Shown here: positions 12,004 through 24,200 of the stretch, piece by piece
Numbering within the stretch: the stretch's first letter is position 1
How the letters are laid out: every line of letters starts with the position of its first letter
From: Phyllobates terribilis
Lineage: Eukaryota
Direction of reading: 5' to 3'
Assembly (NCBI RefSeq): GCF_046119375.1
Contig: NW_027362768.1
Coordinates: forward strand, 157,914,001-157,978,000
Length of the DNA: 64,000 bases
Translations under genes and position numbers: made by a program
The notes under the pieces: model-generated
Database searches by the model: none
The model's input: the letters and a program-made list of their open reading frames with translations, nothing else
Told to the model about the DNA's origin: nothing

Positions 12004-12274
12004 TGTACAGTCCAGAAGAACACATTTTATATGATCCATCAGACTAGCGGTGGATGTAAATATATGTTACACACCGGTGATCCACAACCTGTGACTTTAC
12101 AACTGTTGCAAAAACTATGACTCCCTGCACGCTGGGATTTGTAGTCTTTGCAATATCTGCAGAGCCCCAGGTTGGGGGTGACCGCAGTACACCACAGTAC
12201 AATGTATGCGCTGGGTTTTTACTATTCTGTAGCTTTGAAGAATACAAACATCTGTCATTATGAGAATTAGGTTT

Positions 12275-15200
12275 TCACAGTTCTTTTTCATTCTCTTTCT
12301 TAATCCCCAGACCGATCAGCACAGAGCTCTCCAGGGCCAAGTATGTGCCATACTCTCGGCTTATCTCCTCCTCGAGCTGCTCCTTTGACTTCACCGGTGG
12401 AGAGATTTCCTAGACATAAATAGGACAGAGTTATACTCGACTTCCTTCTCTTATCCTATGTGATCACTCATGGATATAAAAACAAGTAGAAGTGACGGCA
12501 CAAAGTGCAAGAGCCGAGCAGTGTGGAGCGAGACACTTACGCTTTTCTTGCTGTGCTCCTTCAGCTCCAGCGTTCTCTTCTCTGCAGCCCGAAATGTCTT
12601 TCTCTGTTCATAATATTCCAAATGACTGACCTCCCTGTCCAAGTAATGCAGGACCGCGGTGCTCTGCAGAAGAGAAAGGAGAATATTGCTGCGGACATGT
12701 TCCCACAATTGCAGACGGGACAACCCATAGCGGATCTTACAATGCAAGCTGCCAATGCCACCGTTGCAAATTTCCTCATAGTGGTAGAAGAAGCCATTGG
12801 TCAGGAAAAACAAATTCACCAATTCAGCTGCAACCAGCAGCTTTAGCAGAGGACCTCAATTATGAAGTCCAGATATTAGACCCTTCCACTGTTCCCAGTT
12901 GTTGGGGTCAATACTACTTCTTCACTAACTCTACTAGTGCCCATGTTTCCCTGGCATGGTGCCATGGAGTCACAGCTGTCAACTGGACCTAAATGGTTTC
13001 AACCAAGGAGCCAGGGCCAAAGAGCCAGTTGTGAAACTGGGCACAGACACAAACATTTATGTCTATAGGATTTACCAATAGTATATGAGACTGTTGGTTT
13101 TCCTTGGGGCGGACAAGGACCCAACATGGTGGCCCTTTTCTTGTCCAAGCCTCTTATATTCCCTGGAAAGGCCCAGGAGGAATCAGGACTGATCAATATT
13201 TCTGACAGTCATTATATGTATATGGTAAAGCACCTAAAAGGCTTCAAAGGGGTTGTCAACCTTCAAGATTCCCTTTACCATAGAGGAACCTATGAAATTA
13301 CCCTGATTACATGGTGTCTTGCGATGCAAGCTGCCAATGCCACCACTGCAAATTTTCATGTAGGCCTGGTGGCGAATGGTAGAAGAAGCCATAGGTCAGG
13401 AAAAATGAATTCACCAATTCAGCTGCAACCAGTAGCTTTAGCAGAGGACCTCAATTATGGAGTCCAGACATTAGACCCCTCCACTGTTTCCAGTTCTTGG
13501 GCTCAATACTTCTTCACTTACTCTACTAGTGCCAATGTTTTCCTGGCATGGTGCCATCGAGTCACAGCAGCCAATTGGACCTAAATGGTTTCAACCAAAG
13601 AACCAGGGTAAAAGAGCCAGTTGTGAAGCTGGGCACAGACACAGACATTTATGTCTATAGGACTTACCAATAGTATATGAGACTCTTGGTTTTCCTTGGG
13701 GCAGATAAGGACCCAACATGGTGGCCCTTTTCTTGTCCAAGCCTCTTATATTCCCTGGAAAGGACCAGGAGGAATCAAGACTGATCAATATTTCTGACAG
13801 TCATTATATGTATATGGTAGAGTGCCTAAAAGGCTTCAAAGGGGTTGTCAACCTTCAAGAATCACTTTACCATAGAAGAACCTATGAAATGACCCTGATT
13901 ACATGGTGTCTTGCAATGCAAGCTGCCAATGCCACCGCTGCAAATTTTCATGTAGGCCTGGTGGCGAATGGTAGAAGAAGCCATTGGTCAGGAAAAACAA
14001 ATTCACCAAATCAGCTGCAACCAGCAGCTTTAGCAGAGGACCTCAATTATGGAGTCCAGACATTAGACCCTTCCACTGTTTCCAGTTGTTGGACTCAATA
14101 CTTCTTCACTTACTCTATTAGTGCCCATATTTTCCTGGCATGGTGCCATCGAGTCACAGCTGTCAACTGGACCTAAATGGTTTCAGCCAGAGTCAAAGAG
14201 CCAGTTGTGAAGCTGGGCACAGACACAGACATTTATGTCTATAGGATTTACCATTAGTATATGAGACTCTTGGTTTTCCTTGGGGCGGACAAGGACCCAA
14301 CATGGTGGCCCTTTTCTTGTCTAAGCCTTTTATAATCCCTGGAAAGGACCAGGAGGAATCACGACTGATCAATATTTCTGACAGTCATTATATGTATATG
14401 GTAAAGCACCTAAAAGGCTTCAAAGGGGTTGTCAACCTCAAGAATCCCTTTACCATAGAGGAACCTATGAAAATACCCTGATGACATGGTGTCCCATGCT
14501 CGGACCACTATTGATCAGTGGTAATTTGCAAAAACAATAAAACAAACCTTGCCGAATGTGTTAAACTCACTGCAGTGCCACCATAGGACAACATGAAGTA
14601 TCACTAGTAGTAGGTTCAGTCCTAACGCCAGCGTGTGTCAGTGCGCATGATACACGGGAACCATTTAAACTGGCACGTGAGGCTGGTATAGACACCGAAA
14701 AAGGGGTAAAAAATGGTTTGTCAAAGATTCTTGTTATTAAAGCATCTTCCCGAGTTACAGTAAATGTACGACCACAGAAAGATGCAAGAGTGAAATGTAA
14801 TAGAAGAAAAGCAAAGATTGTGCAAGTCTATAGGAGGCCGGAGCAAATCACATCGGCAGCAATAAAATAACACTTTCCTCGTTTATTAATGTGTTCAATA
14901 TATGAAGACTCTGTCCCCGAACCAACCTCATTAGCCGACGGGTGATGTAAGGTCCACGGGATCTGTAATACATGGAGGGTCCCGCTGTCATCGGCCACAG
15001 CCAGGAAATGCTGCTTTGCTGCAATAAATAAGATGTAATTCATTATTTTGAGTCTGTATCTGTTTTGGTCTCACAATATAATTCCTTATCCTTGGGCATG
15101 TGCGAGAAATCCTTGAAGAGGTTGTCTCACAAAAACAACCCCTGTTATGGCATATGGGCATTGTAGATGGGGGTCAACAAATGAGGGCAGCCCCCCCCCG

Positions 15201-18200
15201 TCTATGGGCCAAAATAGAGCTGATTTGTACAAGCAGCTTCCGCTCCGGCAGACCTGCGACTGCAAAGAAGTCACCGGTGTCGTCTGATCCGCTCATTTAT
15301 TACCCTCTGAAGTCTTCCCCCTTCTGTTTGTGAATGAGAAAGAAAAGGGGATAGATGAATAGATAGATGAGAGTGACACATGACTGCAGGATCAGACTAC
15401 ACATAGTTTACTTGTAGTCTGTAACCATGGAGACACATTGGTCTGCACTGCACCTGCATACACGAAAAGGCCATATCATCATCATTTTTGTATTATTTCA
15501 GCTGTTACCTGACATGATCCAGGGTTTAATGCAGGTGATGGCCGCTGCCGATATGTTCTGCGTCTGAGACGGCTCATGTGTCTTCTCCAGTAAGTCCCAG
15601 ATATCCACATTTCCATCTTCCTTGCCGATGAAGAAGACGCCGGGCCTGGACAGTGACCAGTGGGCTGTGGTGTACCTCTTCTGAGTGCAACACGACTGCA
15701 GGATCGGTCCGCTCTGCGAAAGAAAGATGCAATAAAAAAATGAAAATACAAAATAAAATGTTATATAAATATGAAAAAAGTTATTGCAGTGTCTATAACA
15801 AACATCCATTTTATTTTATGTTCATTAATATTCCAGAGCCCGTTCATCACGCCGTCCTACGTGTTTCCGAGAGATATGTCATTAGTCATGGCCTAAAATT
15901 ATCATACATGGTCAACACTGTTGAAAAAAAATGTCAGGGTTGCTGTTTTGTGTTCATTCCACCGTCCCAAAAAATTAAAAATGATCAAACACTTAAATGA
16001 AACCCAAGATGCTGCCGCAGGCTCTCGTTCACACGTCCGTTTACACTTTCCTTTTCTTTGCCCTGTTTTAAAGAACAGATAAATGGAATATATGTCCAAA
16101 ACGGATCCGCTGCATAACCGAGGCAAATGGAAGCACTGGGCCACGTTGGGTCGTATGGGGTCCATCTTGGTTTTTAAAATGTAAGAAAAAGAGCAGCGTG
16201 CAAAAAAAATTTTTTCTAAATACAGCACATAATAGAACTCAGACATACCCCCTAATAATCAATGCGGCCCCTCTGATTGCATTTCCATCAGTTATCCAGC
16301 AGATACATTTTGGACAAGAATTCTGCTATGGAGAGGAGCTCCGTCCACCATGATAATGTTGTGTTATTCCCTTCCTGCAGCAGGAGACCAAGGAGACATT
16401 TATTTCGGGGGTTTATAGGGCCCGAGAGTTATAGGGGCAGGACCTGCACTAGTTATGGATCCCGGGGTAGGTTCTGGGAGGAGCGCACTTCCCTGATCTC
16501 TTATATTATGTGATGGGGGTCCATCTGCCCAGAATAGTAATACTCACAGTGACTCCTTCCTTCCAGATAGCGAAGTTCCAGCCCCCGACGGTGAGTGCAA
16601 AGTCCTTCAGAAATGCAGATCTTTGCACAGTGTGGACCAGTCCATCATGGATGCCGTGTCTCTGCGAGGGTTTAGCACCTGCAAATACCAAAATTCAATC
16701 CACAGTCAGTGGATACACTGGAGATAATGCTATGGGAGACGCTACATGCCCTTCCAATAATTGTGCAGTTTATAAAATGTTGCTGCCATGTCCAGATGGT
16801 GAATTTACTTATAAAAAGACTATGATCCTGAAACTGCACTAAAAGTATATAACAAAGGTTCTAGACCCAAGAAAATGGAGGAGGGTCCAGGATGGGTCTA
16901 TGGACCACTGATGTATATAGTGTATATACAGACAACTCACTGATGTGTCTTCCAGTGTCTCCGTCCTTTTCCATCTTCCAGTCTGTGTACAGCAGCTCCC
17001 CGTCCTGTAGTAAGATGGACAGAGTGGACAATGGCGTGTTATATTGTCACTAATATATACACAAGACATATGGCCGCTCTCACCATTCCCAAAGTGCAGA
17101 TCCAGTGAATGTCAGATAAGATGACCATACAAGTTAGATGGCTGGCACCAATCAGCCATTCCTCTGACCCCTCAATACATAGCTGGGTTCAACAAAACAA
17201 TGGTATATCTCCAATGAGAACAAAGGTTCGGCCATGCTGGAGCCCATTGTACCTGATCCCTCTTCCCCCTACATCTGCCATTAGGAGAGAGTTCAAACCC
17301 CTCTCGATGGTCGGCCGGTGACTTCAGCCGACGTTCGTCTCATGTGTGTACTGCACCTTTATAAATGATCTGAGGGGATTAATCAGTATTATATTCCCTG
17401 AAATGCTGGTTATCACAGTTCCCCAACCAGTGGCTCAGGGGCCACGTGTGTCTCTTGGGTCCCTGGCATGTGGCTCTTTAAGAAACAATCGTATCAGTGT
17501 CAAAACCATATCACTTGTAGTATAGCTGAAAAGTGACAAAAAACGCACAATAGGACATCACCCGGGCAATAAATGCTGTAGATAGTCTGGTATTGCTCAC
17601 CAGGCTGGGTTGTATCAGGCACAACTCCTATGCAGGTATAGAAATCAGCTGCGCCGTATACCGGAATAAAACCAGCAGTAAATGCAATAGTAGAGAGGGA
17701 TATACGGATAATTCTGCTACTGGTCAAGAAGATATCCAATGGCGATGATGGTGTTGAACAAAGAGCAGTTTTATTAACCAACGCGTTTCAGTCATTGCAG
17801 TCATTGTGTTTTTCTCCTGATGAAGGAGTTTGTTCAACTCTGAAATGCGTTAATTAATAAAACGGCTCTTTGCTCAACACCATCATCTCCATTGGATATC
17901 TTCTTGATCAGCAGCAGAATTATCCGTATATCCCTTTCTACTATATAAATAATTGTCCACTTTTACGATTTACACTGTGTTCCAAATTATTATGCAAATA
18001 ATATTTTCTCAGATTTTCCCAAATTACCTGGGAATTGCAGTCATTGTAATTTTCCAGTCAAATAACTATTAGAGTACAATTGAAAGGTTTTTGTACAAAC
18101 TGCCTATGATAACAGTATATTTTTAAAAACATAAAAAACTCAAACTGCACTCAAAATGCATTATCATGCATGAAAATGATCTTGCTGCGGAATGCACGGT

Positions 18201-21200
18201 TCTTCTTCTTGAACCATGGAAGGAAGTGCTGTTTGAGAAACTTTAAAGCTGCATGGATCTCTCACTCATTGCTTGAGTATTGTGTCTAGCTGTTAGCCTA
18301 GTTTCCAGTCTCCAAGCTCCTGACCATTCTTACCTAGATTGTTCTCACCTATCTACGGATTGTTTCCTACAACTCCTTTTTGCTAACTACAAGAACTTTT
18401 ACTAACGCTTGCTGTTCCTGCTTGGGCTCCTTTGGCCACTGGTTTTCAGCAGTACAAGGCCAGTAGTATAACATTTGCTGACATTTACCAAGCGCTACCG
18501 TCTGTATCTCAAAGATGGAAGCACTCACTTCAGTTCCGGCAAAATAACTGGTGTTGACGTCCTCCAGAATTTTGCTGTTCTTGGCCGAGGCCGCTCTTAA
18601 ACTGCTGTAATGAATGGATCCCTCGGATTTCTCCTCTTTGATCGGAGTCTGTAGTTTATCTACACACGATAGAGAGAAAGGAGAGAATAAGTAATATTAC
18701 AGATGTGCTATGAATATATATGGCTGTGTAAGCCCAGAGCGATCTGTCAGACCCATACAGCCAGGAATCATTATGTCCAAGAGGCCACCTCACCGGCAGA
18801 GTATGGGGCGCTGGTGGTGGCAGCAATGGTCCTGGGAGATCACCATCGCTCACTATAGATCTTCCTCGCCTTAAGCCTTTCTTAAGAACATATCACACTG
18901 AATCCTCCAAGACAATGGATGTCCTGTCTTTAGGAGCGGCCGTCACTGTTTGATCAGTGGGGGTCGCCCTATCTTATGGAGATACCTGACATCAGGGATC
19001 CCGTGCAGAGCCCTGTCCAGAATACAGGGAGGTGCACATGCCAACCTCCGCTCCATTCATTGCCTATGGGACTAGTAGAGAAGGAAGAGTACATCGCTCG
19101 GCTATTTCCATCAGTCCCACTGACGTCCTGCTTAGGGATGTCCTCCATGCTTGATTATCTATGAAGGAATGTCGTTTTCTGACCAGGCCACTGCTTGCCC
19201 AGAATAGATCCTTTCCTCATCCTTTATCTTTTTCACCGAGGATGTATTATCACAAATCTAAGGAACGGTGGTTCCTGCGAGGACGGCCAGCATCCTGCTA
19301 TTAAAGGCGGCAGACTGGATCAGTGTCACATGAAGAAGCTGTGAGTTCCTGTATGTGATATCCTGAGGTTTCGGCGCTGAATGACCACGTGACGGCATTA
19401 GACTCAGGAGGAGAATGGCGTGTGCCAGGGAAACGTTGGCCGCGGCTCTGGAATGCCCGAGTCTGGCTGTAAAACAAGCCTGAGGCTTCCGCATTCCCCC
19501 CTGGGAAGTGTAGACCCCATTGTCCTCATAGGAGCGCGGTCCGGGGATACAACGCAGGACTGCAGGAACAGGAGCCGGCTGTGGGGGCAGAGGCCTCGCT
19601 GTCTGTGGGCCCCAATAATAGGGCCACAAAATGTAACCTCCCAGCATATATAAGCTAGGGTGATAAAACAGTGACCTATACTACAGTAAACTCAGGAATG
19701 GACGATACAATGGGCAGAAGGGGCAACTCCACTGGGGCACTGCAATTTAAAGGGGTATTATTACCACCCACTTTGCAATACAAAATGTAATGTCCCTGCT
19801 TGCTCATATGCCAACATGGCATCCAGAAAACACAGCAATCTTCTCCCTGTGCGGAGTCACATATCTGTAGCGTCATTCTAACATCTTAGATGTCTTATAG
19901 GGAAAGTAAAGGAGGAACTGCGGATGCTCATCCTACATAAAGATGGATAGGAGAGAACGTATCTACTGACAACAGTCCTTACACAATGGCTTGTACTGTT
20001 TAGCACAGTATGGCGGTATTATTACATTTGGAACAGTATGGCGGTATTATTACATTTGGCACTGTATGGCAGCATCATTATATTTGACACTGTATGGCAG
20101 TATTAATATATTTGGCATTGTATGGTGGTATTATATTTGGCACTGTTTGATGGAATTATTACACTTGACACTGGCGGAATTATTATATTTGGCATTGTAT
20201 GGTGGCATTATTATATTTGGCACTATGGTAGTATTATTATATTTGGCACTGTATGGTAGTATTATTATATTTGGCACTGTATAGTGGCATTATTATATTT
20301 GCCACTATGGTAGTACTATTATATCTGGCACTGTATGGTAGAATTATTATATTTTTAACTGTATGATGGCATTATTATATTTGGCATTATGGTAGTATTA
20401 TTATATTTGGCATTATGGTAGTATTATTATATTTGGCAGTGTATGGTAGTAGTATTATTATATTTGACACTATGGTAGTATTCTTATATTTGGCACTGTA
20501 TGGTGGCATTATTATATTTGGCATTGTATAGTGGTATTATATTTGGCACTGTTTGATGGCATTATTACATTTGACACTGACGGAATTATTATATTTGCCA
20601 CAGTATGGTGCCATTATTATATATGGCACTATGGTAGTATTATTATATTTGACACTGTATGGTGGATTATATTTAGAACTATATGGTAGTGTTATATTTG
20701 GCAGTGTATGGTGTCATTATTATATTTGGCATTGTATGGTGGTATCATATTTGGCACTGTATGGCGGTATTATTATATTTGGCACAGTGTGGCACTTATT
20801 TGGATTGTATTGTGACTATTAGTGGCTACTTCTCTCCTTACAAAACATGGCAGTAGTCTCCACAGATCCTGCCCTGGACTATATGATATTTCCCAAGTAT
20901 TCTGCTCAGAGACTGCGTCACTCGTAAATCATGGAGTACTCGAGTCACATCATGTGCCCGGCCATCCATCGAGGTGGGATCCACCTGAGAGAGCACAGAG
21001 CTGGTCTTACCTGCCGTCCTGCAGTGATGATGCTCATCTCTAAGGCTGATTTTGATGGGGCTGAACTCTCCTCCTGTCTCAATCTTTGGAATTGAAGTCT
21101 TAAAATAGAAAGAAATAACAGCAAATGATTGTTAGAAGTACAAAACTGCAAAATTCCTTATAAAAGATGAAGCTTCAAACCACGCACAGCTATTGTTATA

Positions 21201-24200
21201 AAATCTGTCTAACTAAAGCCACCACTAGAGGGAGCTCAAGAGATCAGATAATACTGTATATACATTGAACTGAACAAAAAGTCAGTATACAGTGAGCACA
21301 GAAGCCCCCCCCCCTAGTGGGAGTAGCAGATAATCACAATGCTGTCATATAATTGCAGGGCACTAGAAGCTATACACAAAAATAAGAGCACCGATTCATA
21401 TAAAGTTTTTGCAGAAATTAAAAATGTTAAACCATCAAATGAGATGGTGTTAAAAGGCAGATATTACCTTCAATGCACGAAAATAAAAAGTTTGGTCACT
21501 TTGTATGTACATTTTATTATTTATCTTACACTAATGTTAAGTTATAGTGCTGGATTCACAATTCTGTAGCTTTCAGAGCTGAAATCTCCCAGCATGCCCC
21601 AGGATAGTAATTTCCATTCACAGTAATGCCTATTTACACCAGGTGATGTATAACAATCTAATGTGGAAACAGCTATCACTGCATCACAGCAGCTCGGCTT
21701 GTTGACCGTTTACAGTATGAACCAACAGAATTATGAATGCAGCTCTGGAGAATAAGGCTGTGTGCACACATTGAATATTTACAGCAGATTCTTCTGCAGC
21801 AAAAACAGTAAAATACACGTCTGTGATGCCTGTCTGCAATTAAAAAAATGTTGCATTAAGTTTCCTGCCAGGGAAGTAAATGAGGGGGAAATGCTATATA
21901 TTTTTTTTTTGCATCCAGAATAAGTGACAGCGACCAGACATGACGGAGAAAGTGCCGGAGCCGCTCTAATAGGACAATAATCCCGGCCGGGGATTATCCG
22001 CAGATCCTTCTTCCAGTCATCTCTGGATCGGCTTTTCTTCTTTCTTCATAATCTAATACAAGCACCAAAATGACAGCTGTAGCATCAGATATTGTTATTT
22101 AGAGGATGCATGTATATACTGGTGTATGTGGGGGCAGAAATGTATATATGTGAAGGGGAACCACCGTTATAGGAACAGATATCCCAAATTCATGGAAGCA
22201 TTGGCCCCCTACTTGTCAGGCACCAGCAGCACTATACGGACAATGCCGGTACTTTCGGGTGGATATGCTCTGGCCTGAGCTTACAGGATAAATCTGAACA
22301 GGGCCCTGTAGGTACACGGCTTCTGGAGTATTAACAATAGGTAGAGAAGCATTGGTACAAGCATGGGCTCTAAATGCACCCGCTAGGCCAGCTGCAAACC
22401 TATCACTGTGCAAAAGCCATAACTTAAGGCCACGGCCCCGCTATCAGTATTTGGTCAGTATTTGGTCAGTATTTTTTCTCCGGAGTGGGAGCCAAAACCA
22501 GGTGAGGAACAATCAGAGAAAAGGTATAATAGAAACAAGTCACCAATTCTGCATTTATCACCCACTCCTGGTTTTGGCTCCCACTCCTGAGAAAAAAATA
22601 CTGACCGAATACTGATAGTGGGGCTGTGGACTAAGAGGAGTTTTCTGCTTTCAGTAAACCCCTGGATGCAATTTGTTTTAAAATATCAAACTGATCTTTT
22701 CTCACCCTCCTCGGGTCCAGCGCTGATATCATCTTGCCACCACTGCAGGTAATCACCCTCTGAGAGGCTTATGCTATCAACTCGGGAAGAGCCGCTGAGC
22801 TCAGTGATTGGCTGCAGCGCTGACGATGTTATGTTGGCGCTGGGAGCAGCGGCAAAGATTCAGTGCTGGACCTGATGAGCTGGATAAATACCCTTTAAAA
22901 TTGTTCTTGTTTCTGCCCATTTTTCCCGCTGTGCTCGGAATATGACTGATGATTTCTCATACAATCTTCTCTGGCTTACTGCTGTTCTGTAAAACAGTCT
23001 GTGTCGCACAGGGAGGCAGTGTACTGTATAGCACTTATAGAATAACCTGTAGTCACACTGAAATGGCGGTGGCCGGGACAGGAAGGCAAGTGTCTGCCAG
23101 CGAGAAGCAGAGAAATACTAAGGGATTAGGATGGAGTTACTGTAGCCATAAAGGTGCCCAGGTATCTGCAGAGCAGCTGACAGCCATTTCTTCCAGACCC
23201 CGTACACCTGTGCTTCAGGGGGGAGAGTCGGGGGTCTCCATACAGGTTTGGATGACTTTCTCTAATGAGCATGGAGGCCCATGGGCCCATAATGTGACCA
23301 ACAAGCAGTTAGTTAAGTTGGATCTTGTATCCTGATGGATCTGCACCTTGAGTAGTGGCCTCCAGATTAGATCGAGGTGTTTGAAGGTATCCGGCACCCC
23401 GAGAGGAGCCGAGTGCTGGTTCTCCTCTTGTTTTCTGCTTGTCGGCGTCTGTAGATGAGTCTTGTGTGAGCGAATGTCCCAGAACATCACAGAACTGTAG
23501 AGGAGAAATGAGATTGTGTCAAAGGAAATCCAACCAACTATTCATATGAGATGAGAAATCAATAGCAATCTCCAGAATATGTGCGTCATGATGATTTGTC
23601 ACTAAGATTCTGCAATCTGCCCAGGAAATAACATCCGACAGAACGTGAGAGAATGAACGCTGGAGTGGACTTGGCGTTTTATGTCTGTGGTGTCTGAGCT
23701 CGTACTTATGCAGAAGCTGGTGGTCACCTCTGCGTGCTGAGAGATTATTGAGGGTCTCAGGACATTTAAAAAAAAAATGTAGGTAGACTTTAGGATGACC
23801 ATACACATGAGATGAATCTTGGCCAAACCAATGTGTCTTTGAAAACTCTGGATCGCAGCATGATGTCTAGCTTTTGAGGATCTTTTGGTCTACTTCACTT
23901 TGTCAGGCAGGTCCTGGTTAAGTGATTTCTTGATTGAGAACAGGTGTGGCAGTGATCAGGCCTGTGTGTGGCTAGGGAAATTGAACTCAGCTTCCCAAAA
24001 ATGTGATATACCACTATTAATTTATGTTTTAAGGGAGGGGGGCAATCACTTTTTCACACAGGACCCTGTAAGTTTGGATTTCTTTTTCCCTTAATAATAA
24101 AGACCTTCATTCAAAAACTGCATTTTGTGTTTACTTTTGTTATCTTTGTCTAATATTTAAATTTGTTTTGTGCTCTGAAACATTTAAGTGCGAAAAACAT

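Noticed and set aside
19991-20822. Hydrophobic 'membrane-like' ORFs (also 46369-46688)
   Set aside because: Translations of a degenerate AT-rich minisatellite.
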